Source: Geopsychrobacteraceae bacterium | GTDB lineage: Bacteria; Desulfobacterota; Desulfuromonadia; Desulfuromonadales; Geopsychrobacteraceae | Length of the DNA stretch: 64,000 nucleotides | Assembly (NCBI GenBank): GCA_963662315.1 | Contig: OY759353.1 | Coordinates: 128,001 to 192,000 of the forward strand | Reading direction: 5' to 3' | In this document: positions 42,344 through 50,133 of the stretch, in pieces | Numbering within the stretch: position 1 is the first letter of the stretch | How the letters are laid out: every line of letters begins with the position of its first letter | Notes under the pieces: model-generated | What the model was told of the DNA's origin: nothing | What the model saw: the letters and a program-made list of their open reading frames with translations, nothing else | The model's database searches: none | Program-made: the position numbers and the translations under genes

Positions 42344-42482
42344 AATTATCTTGGTAGTCTGCTGTAAGCACGTCAACGTTAATCTGATGAGCACAGAGAA
42401 CCTGTGCTTTATGCAGAGCGACCGCCCCTTCACCAGTGAGCCGTATCCGTGGATTTTTTAACCGTATGGGCAAGCTTGTCAT
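42324..42482 (-). pseudogene. Truncated N-terminus of precorrin-2 dehydrogenase (SirC/CysG-like)
   Basis: Hand translation MTSLPIRLKNPRIRLTGEGAVALHKAQVL resembles the LPI...GGGxVAxxK NAD-binding start of SirC/CysG; 52 aa. Confidence 0.55.
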
Positions 42483-42485
42483 CGC

Positions 42486-43769
42486 TTATTCCAGGTCGCG
42501 AACTGCAGCCAGCAGTTTGTCCTTTGTCAGATTTTGTTTAATCGGCTGACCGAGCTTTTCGCTGCTTCGCTGATAGAGATCGAAAAGCGGAATACGTGTA
42601 CCATCCTCGGTTTTTTGTTGTTTCACAGTAACAATCCCGTAAGCGGACAGTTGGGGCTGCGAGCAGCTGTTGGGACAACCTGAGATCGCCCAGCTTTGCT
42701 CCTTGGCGGTCGGCGAAAGTGTCTCCTTGAGGAGCATTCCCAGTTCCCGTGTCGCGGCCAGGCCCATTTTACATTCATGACTGCCTGGGCAGGTACGCAG
42801 GCGAGCGGCAAAAGTCTCCTGTGCCGCGAAGTTTTTTGCTGCCAGCTCTAACCTTAGCGTATCGCCATAAGAGTGGTCAGTGATCGGCAGAGCAATATTC
42901 TGATTCGTCGTTGTTGCCAGGCGTCCGGCACTGAAGCGCTCAGCCAGATCAGCCAACTCGCTGAGCTTTGCTGCCGGTAGCTGACCGCCAAAAAACGGAA
43001 TTTCAATAAATTCTACATCATCCTCAAGCCGGGCTAAATCAACCTCTGGTAAGCTGGGCCGTGGGCGTTGGTTTAGCTCCAGCGCTAATAACCGACGAAA
43101 CTCTGCCTCTCCGATACTGTTGAGAAGGTGTTTAAGCCGTTTCGGTGGCGGCGTATTGTCCCGATAGACTTGAACGACAGCTTCGATGAGTTTCAGCACA
43201 TGGGGTTCCGGAACGTTTTCTTCAAGCAGGAAGCCGGGCTGTGGTTCTCGTCCCAGCCCCCCGGCGCACCAGATATCATAAAGCGGTTCTTGGCCAGCAG
43301 CGGTCAGAACGATGCCTAAATCCTGTATCAGATGCCGCCCTCCTTGATACGTCGCCTCGACGGAGATTTTGAATTTCTTCGGTAGCCTTTCAAAACTGGG
43401 ATTGCCGGCAAAATGCTGGTTCAGCCGTTCGGCCAGATACTGGACTCGGCCATATCCTGGTGCAAAAGTGGTACTGCATGATATCCCTCGAACAGCGCCG
43501 CCACAGGCTCCTTTAGTGGTCAGACCGACATTGTTAAGGCGGGCCAGAACAGCATCCAGCTGTTCCACTCTGAGATAGTGAAACTCAAAGCTGCCACGAC
43601 TGGTCAGGTGCAGAACTCCGCGGCCGTAATTGTCACTGATAGCCGCAATTTCACGCGCCTGCACAGCGGACAGCAGCCCACCCGGGATCTTGACCCTCAC
43701 CATCAGATCCTCAGGATTTTTCTGTTGATAAATCCCCAAAAGGCGTAGTTTCTGGAAATCGATAGACAT
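42486..43769 (-). CDS. Nitrite/sulfite reductase (siroheme/4Fe-4S family)
   Basis: GIYQQ, MVRVKIPGG, LPKKFKI, GGLGR, CPGSHEC, SGCPNSC; inside a cys operon. Confidence 0.88.
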   Translation of the reverse strand: MSIDFQKLRLLGIYQQKNPEDLMVRVKIPGGLLSAVQAREIAAISDNYGRGVLHLTSRGSFEFHYLRVEQLDAVLARLNNVGLTTKGACGGAVRGISCSTTFAPGYGRVQYLAERLNQHFAGNPSFERLPKKFKISVEATYQGGRHLIQDLGIVLTAAGQEPLYDIWCAGGLGREPQPGFLLEENVPEPHVLKLIEAVVQVYRDNTPPPKRLKHLLNSIGEAEFRRLLALELNQRPRPSLPEVDLARLEDDVEFIEIPFFGGQLPAAKLSELADLAERFSAGRLATTTNQNIALPITDHSYGDTLRLELAAKNFAAQETFAARLRTCPGSHECKMGLAATRELGMLLKETLSPTAKEQSWAISGCPNSCSQPQLSAYGIVTVKQQKTEDGTRIPLFDLYQRSSEKLGQPIKQNLTKDKLLAAVRDLE

Positions 43770-43843
43770 ATTCTCTTTCTACTTTCTGTGTCCCTGGGAC
43801 GACTTTAAGAAGGGGTTGTAAAACCCTGATAAAATGTAACGAA

Positions 43844-45556
43844 TCATAACCGTTGGCTCTGCAACACCTGCGACACCAGTTCCTGCGGCTCAGCATCAGG
43901 TGTTGCCTTAACGGCAACCACACGCTCAGTGCTGGAGACTTGTGCCGGGAGAGGAACCTCTGCGGCAACCAGAACGATAAGGCCAGCCTGGGCACAGATC
44001 TCTGCAACGGCCAAAGCCCGGCGCCAGATCTCGTTACTGTTCTTTTGTAAATCCCCAATATCTCGGTTCAGCTCTGCCATGCTGTTACTTTCAAGCAGGT
44101 GAGTGTGTAGTCCGTAGGCGTGTAAAGCCGCTTCGATGGCGGCAACCTGGGCTGGCGCTAGTCCGTTAAACCAAAGAATCTTCGCCTGCTGCCCCTTTTT
44201 GAGGGCACGTTCGGCAGTGCTGATCGCTTCCTTCCGATCATGTTGAAGCCGATCCAATGGTTTGTCGATCATCCCTGCTGCCAGGGTGGCGTTGGTCAAA
44301 CGGTCGATGAGGATAAAATTGCCACTGGCACGGTTGGCTATGTAGCTGTCACAGGACAGCTCACGGTCGAGTGCCAACACACAACTGCCGACCTCGTTCA
44401 TTGTAAGGGTCTGACCACTTTCCTGTTTAAGACTGTTGATGTTGTCCTTGGAACACAGGTGTTCAATTCGAACCGGTACCGTTGCCGCACCGGCTTTGAG
44501 TAGATAGCTATGCCCCAACTGCAGCGGCTGTTCATGCAGCCAGGCCAGCCTGGCTTGGTAATGATCGCTGTGGTGAGGCAAGTGCCCCGGTGTTGCCAGC
44601 AGATCACCACGACTGATGTCGATCTCATCGCTTAAAGTCAGGGTAACGGCTTGTCCGGCAACCGCCTGGGTGAGATCACCATCAAAGGTGACGATCCGCT
44701 CAACCCGGCTAGTGATTCCGGAGCCACTGACCACGATTTCATCCCCAGGATGCAGGGTCCCAGAACTTATGGTTCCACAGAAACCGCGGAATTCATGGTT
44801 GGGCCGATTGACCCACTGAACGCGCATGCGAAAGGGCTGCACTGCTGCATCGTCACTGACCTGGACAGTTTCCAGAAACTCAAGTAGCGATGGGCCATGG
44901 TACCAGGGGGTCTTATTGCTGCTTTCGATGACATTTTCCCCGTTCAGAGCGGAAAGAGGAATAGCGGTAATCTGCTCAAAACCCAGGCGAGCGACAAACT
45001 GTTGGTATTCTTTACGAATCAGCTCGAAGCGGGAAGCGCTGTAGTCGACCAGGTCCATTTTGTTAACAGCCAGGACGATATGGCGAATGCCGAGCAGTGA
45101 AGCGAGGAAGCTGTGGCGCCGACTTTGAACCTGCAGTCCTTTGCGGGCATCGACCAATATGATAGCCAGTTGGGCGGTTGAAGCACCGGTGACCATGTTA
45201 CGTGTGTACTGTTCATGACCCGGCGTGTCGGCGACGATGAACTTGCGTCGGTCCGTAGAGAAGAAACGATAGGCTACGTCAATGGTAATTCCCTGCTCGC
45301 GCTCGGCCTGCAGGCCATCGAGGAGTAAGGCGTAATCAACGTTGCCATTCTGGGTCCCCACCTTTTTACTGTCAGCTTCAATCGCGGCCAGTTGATCCTC
45401 GAAAATCATTTTCGAATCCCACAGCAACCGGCCGATCAGGGTGCTTTTTCCGTCATCGACACTGCCACAGGTGATAAAGCGCAGCAGCGATTTTTCCTCC
45501 TGATGTTTCAGGTACGCATGAATATCTTCAGCAATCATGTCTGATTGGTGAGCCAT
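43844..45556 (-). CDS. cysN: Sulfate adenylyltransferase large subunit with degenerate C-terminal APS-kinase-like tail
   Basis: CGSVDDGKST, EREQGITIDVAY, DTPGH, NKMD; tail lacks a P-loop. Confidence 0.95.
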   Translation of the reverse strand: MAHQSDMIAEDIHAYLKHQEEKSLLRFITCGSVDDGKSTLIGRLLWDSKMIFEDQLAAIEADSKKVGTQNGNVDYALLLDGLQAEREQGITIDVAYRFFSTDRRKFIVADTPGHEQYTRNMVTGASTAQLAIILVDARKGLQVQSRRHSFLASLLGIRHIVLAVNKMDLVDYSASRFELIRKEYQQFVARLGFEQITAIPLSALNGENVIESSNKTPWYHGPSLLEFLETVQVSDDAAVQPFRMRVQWVNRPNHEFRGFCGTISSGTLHPGDEIVVSGSGITSRVERIVTFDGDLTQAVAGQAVTLTLSDEIDISRGDLLATPGHLPHHSDHYQARLAWLHEQPLQLGHSYLLKAGAATVPVRIEHLCSKDNINSLKQESGQTLTMNEVGSCVLALDRELSCDSYIANRASGNFILIDRLTNATLAAGMIDKPLDRLQHDRKEAISTAERALKKGQQAKILWFNGLAPAQVAAIEAALHAYGLHTHLLESNSMAELNRDIGDLQKNSNEIWRRALAVAEICAQAGLIVLVAAEVPLPAQVSSTERVVAVKATPDAEPQELVSQVLQSQRL

Positions 45557-45578
45557 AAACCTTAATCCTTTTTATTGA

Positions 45579-46529
45579 TCAGAAGTAACCTTCTTGTTTT
45601 TTCTTTTCCATGGAGCCCGCCTGATCATGATCGATCAGGCGGCCTTGGCGTTCACTGCTGCGGGTCAGCAGCATCTCCTGAATGATCTCCGGCAGAGTTG
45701 CTGCCGTAGATTCCACCGCCCCGGTCAGGGGGTAGCAGCCCAGGGTTCTGAAGCGCACCGAACGCTGTTGGATCTGTTCTCCGGGACGTAGGGGCAAACG
45801 CTCATCATCGACCATGATCAGCATTCCGTCCCGTTCGACCACCGGCCGTTCTTTGGCGTAGTAAAGTGGCACGATCGGAATCTTCTCCAGGTAGATGTAT
45901 TGCCAGATATCAAGCTCTGTCCAGTTGGACAGTGGAAAAGTGCGAATACTTTCCCCTTTCTGGACCCGGGTGTTATAGATATTCCACAACTCAGGGCGCT
46001 GGTTTTTGGGATCCCAACGATGGCTCTTGTTGCGAAAAGAAAAGATGCGTTCCTTGGCCCGCGATTTCTCTTCGTCGCGGCGAGCGCCGCCAAAAGCTGC
46101 ATCAAAACCGTATTTATCGAGCGCCTGTTTGAGCCCTTCGGTCTTCATGATATCGGTATAATGTCCTGAACCATGGGCAAAGGGGTTGATTCCCCTGCGA
46201 ACACCGTCTTCATTGATATGAACCAATAAATCAAAACCGTACTCACCTACTATGTGATCGCGAAACTCAATCATTTCACGAAACTTCCAAGTGGTGTCGA
46301 CATGAAGAAGCGGAAAGGGAGGTCGTGCCGGGTAAAAGGCTTTGCGGGCCAGATGCAACATTACGGCGGAATCTTTGCCGATGGAATAGAGCATGACCGG
46401 ATTTTGAAACTCGGCAGCCACCTCACGGATAATATGAATGCTTTCGGCTTCCAGTTGACGTAAGTGGGTCAGCTGTACCGTCGCTGCAGCCGCTTCGCCA
46501 GTAACAGAATTATTGACTGATGACATCAT
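45579..46529 (-). CDS. cysD: Sulfate adenylyltransferase small subunit
   Basis: [36 protein letters not shown] end. Confidence 0.98.
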   Translation of the reverse strand: MMSSVNNSVTGEAAAATVQLTHLRQLEAESIHIIREVAAEFQNPVMLYSIGKDSAVMLHLARKAFYPARPPFPLLHVDTTWKFREMIEFRDHIVGEYGFDLLVHINEDGVRRGINPFAHGSGHYTDIMKTEGLKQALDKYGFDAAFGGARRDEEKSRAKERIFSFRNKSHRWDPKNQRPELWNIYNTRVQKGESIRTFPLSNWTELDIWQYIYLEKIPIVPLYYAKERPVVERDGMLIMVDDERLPLRPGEQIQQRSVRFRTLGCYPLTGAVESTAATLPEIIQEMLLTRSSERQGRLIDHDQAGSMEKKKQEGYF

Positions 46530-46553
46530 AAACAACTCCTCCTTAAGATCTGA

Positions 46554-47246
46554 TTAACGACGGTGCAAACCACACTCACGATGTTCCGGATTTTCCCACC
46601 ACCAGCGTCCGGAACGTTCCGATTCTCCTTCACGGACAGGGCGGGTACAGGGGGCACATCCGATCGACAGATATCCCTGCTTATAGAGTTGGTTGATTGG
46701 CAACTGCCGCTTTCTGGCATAATCCCAGACCTGATCACTGCTCCAGAATGTCAGAGGGTTTATCTTGATCAGCCCACCGTTAACCTTATCGATCTCAAGC
46801 GGTTGCAGTTCATTGCGGGTAACACTTTGACTGCGGCGCATCCCTGTTATCCATCCGTCAGCCCCTGCCAGAGCCCTGCTTAACGGCTCAACCTTGCGAA
46901 TGGCGCAACATTCTTTGCGCTTGCTCAGGCTCTCTTGAAAAGAAAACAATCCCTTGTCACTTGCCAATTTTTCAACCGCGTCTCTCTGAGGGAAATACCA
47001 GTCAATTTTGAGTTGGTACTTCATGCTCAACGCTTCGGCGACGACATAGGTTTCTTCGGGCAGCCGGCCTGTGTCGATGGCAAAAACTGAAAACCGGTCG
47101 TGTTGTTTACGGAGAAGATCGATGATGACAACGTCTTCAATACTGAATGAACACGCCAGTCTGATATCTTGGCCCGCTGCGGTCCGTCCGGCCGCGAAGA
47201 TTTCTTCTGGCGTGTCAGTGGCAGATAATAATGCGAGATCTCTCAT
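46554..47246 (-). CDS. cysH: APS reductase (4Fe-4S CysH type)
   Basis: DTGRL, ECCAIRKVEPL, SIGCAPCT, ECGLH. Confidence 0.95.
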   Translation of the reverse strand: MRDLALLSATDTPEEIFAAGRTAAGQDIRLACSFSIEDVVIIDLLRKQHDRFSVFAIDTGRLPEETYVVAEALSMKYQLKIDWYFPQRDAVEKLASDKGLFSFQESLSKRKECCAIRKVEPLSRALAGADGWITGMRRSQSVTRNELQPLEIDKVNGGLIKINPLTFWSSDQVWDYARKRQLPINQLYKQGYLSIGCAPCTRPVREGESERSGRWWWENPEHRECGLHRR

Positions 47247-47274
47247 ACGTTTGTTGCTCCATGTTCCGATATTG

Positions 47275-47499
47275 TTAAATCATGTATTCGGGTTGTTTCT
47301 CTTCAAGACCATAGCGAATACGATTCCACATCCGTTCATGTGCGAAATAAATAAAAAATTTCAGCGATGTATCTGCCAAACCGATGGTGGCGGCAAACGT
47401 CCCCTCGCCGGTTAATAGCAGTACCAATAGCGATGTGATGATAGTGGCAATAAAGCGCCAGGAAATGGCCTTCATAATGCTGCGTTTTTTTGTCTCCAT
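47275..47499 (-). CDS. DUF2061-type small membrane protein
   Basis: RSIMKAISWR...Y-AHERMW; ATG at 47499. Confidence 0.85.
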   Translation of the reverse strand: METKKRSIMKAISWRFIATIITSLLVLLLTGEGTFAATIGLADTSLKFFIYFAHERMWNRIRYGLEEKQPEYMI

Positions 47500-47535
47500 A
47501 TTGTTCACCAAATAGATAAAGTAAGAGTTGAAGGG

Positions 47536-47579
47536 AAAATATATATACGCATCATTTAAGTCAAGAAATAATTTCTTGA
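47536..47579 (-). promoter_or_regulatory. sigma70 promoter of the cys operon with an overlapping palindromic operator
   Basis: TTGACT-N17-TATTTT on the minus strand; TCAAGAAAT-A-ATTTCTTGA at 47561-47579. Confidence 0.55.
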
Positions 47580-48010
47580 ATATCATTGCTTAGATGTAGA
47601 AAGCGGTACTGATGTTCTCTTATTGAATTCAAGAAGGAAGGGACCCTTTACAAAGCATTCAAAATTCTTGGCATAGGCAGTCTCTTTTAAAAAACTAAAA
47701 ACTCAATCTAAAGGGGAGGGCTGAATGAAAAACATTTTCCTATACTTGTTGGTCTGTTAAGGGGGTTGGGCGCGGAAAGTTGCCGCAGCTGTTCTTAGAA
47801 CCTCTTGCTTCAGGTAGGACGTGGGTAACGGGGGTGGGCGGACTTGGCCAAGGTTGATAACTTCCGAATTGCCTCAACACGGCTTAAGGCCCAAGGTTTT
47901 GGCTAAGAGCATCCCATTGCCGACAACGAAACAGGGGCAAATGACCGGCGGGTTAAAGATGTCTGTGATGTAGGAAAATAGACTCTGAAGTCTGCTTGTG
48001 AAAAAGATCA

Positions 48011-48048
48011 GTTGCTATTAAGGGCTCTAAAGCGCCCTTAATAGCAAC
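48011..48048 (-). terminator. Hairpin terminator after yghX
   Basis: gttgctattaagggc...gcccttaatagcaac, T-run downstream on the minus strand. Confidence 0.75.
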
Positions 48049-48062
48049 CTTATGATTATGAT

Positions 48063-48968
48063 TTATTGCGAAATCAGCTGTTTTTTGAAAAAATCCAGTG
48101 TCCGGTTCCAGGCCAGCTCAGCTGCGACTTTGTTATAGCGTCCCGTGGAATCATTGTGAAAACCGTGGTTCACGTCGGGGTAGATAAAGGCTTCGTAGGG
48201 AACATTATTGGCTTTAAGCAGTGCTTCGTAATCCGGCCAGGTGGCATTAACCCGTTTATCCAGCTCGGCAAAATGCATGAGGAGCGGTCCTTTAACCTGT
48301 GGTCGTAGCGCTTCTGCTGCGGGCGTTCCATAGAAGGGGACCCCTGCATTAAGGTCTTCCGGAATCGTGGCCGCCAGCATGTTGACAATATAGCCTCCAA
48401 AGCAGAATCCGACCGCACCAAGTTTACCGTTCCCCTGGGGATGCTTCTTGATAAAACGAGCCGCAGCGATGAAATCTTCCTCAATTTTGGCTTTATCCAT
48501 ACTGGCCTGCAGTGCCCGCCCGTCATCATCATTGCCGGGATAGCCCCCCAGCGGATAAAGAATATCCGGTGCAAAGGCGATGAATCCTTGTTTTGCCAGG
48601 CGCCGGGCGACATCCTTGATGTAGGGATTGAGACCACGGTTTTCATGAATTACCAGCACGGTTGGTAATGGTGCGCTTATCTCTTTCGGAGTGACCAGAT
48701 ATCCCTGGCCTGTGCCATGCCCCTTGGGTGACTCGAATTTCATGTAGTTGGCTTTGATGGTCGAGTCATTAAAATTAACCTGCTCGGCGAGAGCATAGTC
48801 GGGAAGCAGCGCCGAGGTGAGCATGCTCATGCTGAAACCAACGGCCGCAAGGGTGGCCAGCCTCTGCATGAACTCACGGCGGTCAATAATACCGTGGGCA
48901 TATTCATCATACCAATCAAAAGCTTCCTGGGGAATTTCACGGTACGGCGGCGCTGGGATCGTTGACAT
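48063..48968 (-). CDS. yghX: Dienelactone hydrolase family (YghX-like) with twin-arginine motif
   Basis: YDEYAHG, DRREFM, HENRGLN, GFCFGG, HGFHND. Confidence 0.85.
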   Translation of the reverse strand: MSTIPAPPYREIPQEAFDWYDEYAHGIIDRREFMQRLATLAAVGFSMSMLTSALLPDYALAEQVNFNDSTIKANYMKFESPKGHGTGQGYLVTPKEISAPLPTVLVIHENRGLNPYIKDVARRLAKQGFIAFAPDILYPLGGYPGNDDDGRALQASMDKAKIEEDFIAAARFIKKHPQGNGKLGAVGFCFGGYIVNMLAATIPEDLNAGVPFYGTPAAEALRPQVKGPLLMHFAELDKRVNATWPDYEALLKANNVPYEAFIYPDVNHGFHNDSTGRYNKVAAELAWNRTLDFFKKQLISQ

Positions 48969-49096
48969 TTTATGGCTCCTTTTGGTCAGGGACTCTTGTT
49001 AATAAGCTCCATCTGAATGCCAAGTAATTGTATCTCCGAAAGATTTCCCGGATCAAGAGGGGAGGGCTTTTTACTGTTCTGTGACCCGCAATACTA

Positions 49097-49879
49097 CTAT
49101 ACGGGTCCTGTGACTCTGGCTAAAGCGTTTAAAGACTTTTCCAGACAGCATTGACTGAAAATTTCCAGTGAAACAGGGATTTTTTCGGTGGAAGAGCGTG
49201 CATCGAGAGCTGTCAAAAAACGCTGCAAACTCTTGCAATCAATCAGGTGCAGACCTTTATGATCCTGCTGCTCACTAAACCCATGAAGATGAAAACTCAC
49301 GGCCCGGGGCAGGATCTCTTCCAGATAATAATCTTCGTTTAAGGCTCCGAACCAGACATGTCCCATATCGAGTGTGACGGCAAAACCAGTCTGATCGAGG
49401 ATTGGTACGATCGGTTCATAGGCGAACCCGAGAGTTTCTATCCCTATGCGGGACGGATCAGCACCATTCATTTTTAATTCTTCCAGAGACAAGATACAGG
49501 CATCCTGCCATGAGGCATCAGGGGGCTGGTTCATGTAGTTCTGTTCAAGGTGGAGATCCCAGGCTAATGGCTTAAGCGAGAGTGTTGCATCGATGGCACG
49601 CAGAACGGCGTCAACTCCTTCTTTGCGCTTATTGTTATCCGGACTTCCGAGCTTGAGTCCAATGGGTAGATGCACCGAATAAGTCAGATCAAACTCGTCG
49701 GCAATGTCCAAAAGCTCGATGGTTAGGCTGGTTTCGGAGGGCGTGGCAATGGCTCCGTTTTCGTAAGTGAATAATTCAATGTGATCAACCTTACTCTTGA
49801 GGAAATGGATATTGGTCAGCATATCTTCGTTAAGAATGAAGCAGGTTGTGCCTAAGCGGAAAGGGAAATGATTTTTCAT
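49097..49879 (-). CDS. Xylose-isomerase-like TIM barrel, CbiR-like cobamide remodelling phosphodiesterase
   Basis: FRLGTT, SVHLP, DMGH, HLHG, DH, LEIF metal-binding pattern. Confidence 0.6.
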   Translation of the reverse strand: MKNHFPFRLGTTCFILNEDMLTNIHFLKSKVDHIELFTYENGAIATPSETSLTIELLDIADEFDLTYSVHLPIGLKLGSPDNNKRKEGVDAVLRAIDATLSLKPLAWDLHLEQNYMNQPPDASWQDACILSLEELKMNGADPSRIGIETLGFAYEPIVPILDQTGFAVTLDMGHVWFGALNEDYYLEEILPRAVSFHLHGFSEQQDHKGLHLIDCKSLQRFLTALDARSSTEKIPVSLEIFSQCCLEKSLNALARVTGPV

Positions 49880-50133
49880 AAAAGTGACTTTTCTGTCGTT
49901 TCCGTTGCAGTCGTTTCCGGAGCCGTGTCAATGAGAAATATGGCCTTGCCCATAGTGGTATCGTTCATAGACATCATGTAATAATACTTAAATCAAAATT
50001 ATTTAGCAGAAATTTCGTTTTTCTTTTTTAAAACGTTTAAGTCTGTGAACCCATTCAGATCATCCGTAAGTGTCTGTGGCTTTGTTATAATGAGACAGCT
50101 AATTCGTCATAATCAGGTAAAGGGAAAAAATTT

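Noticed and set aside
49880..50000. Cobalamin riboswitch upstream of the CbiR-like gene
   Set aside because: Only a loose CCACT...GGGCAAG resemblance; the other conserved elements are missing
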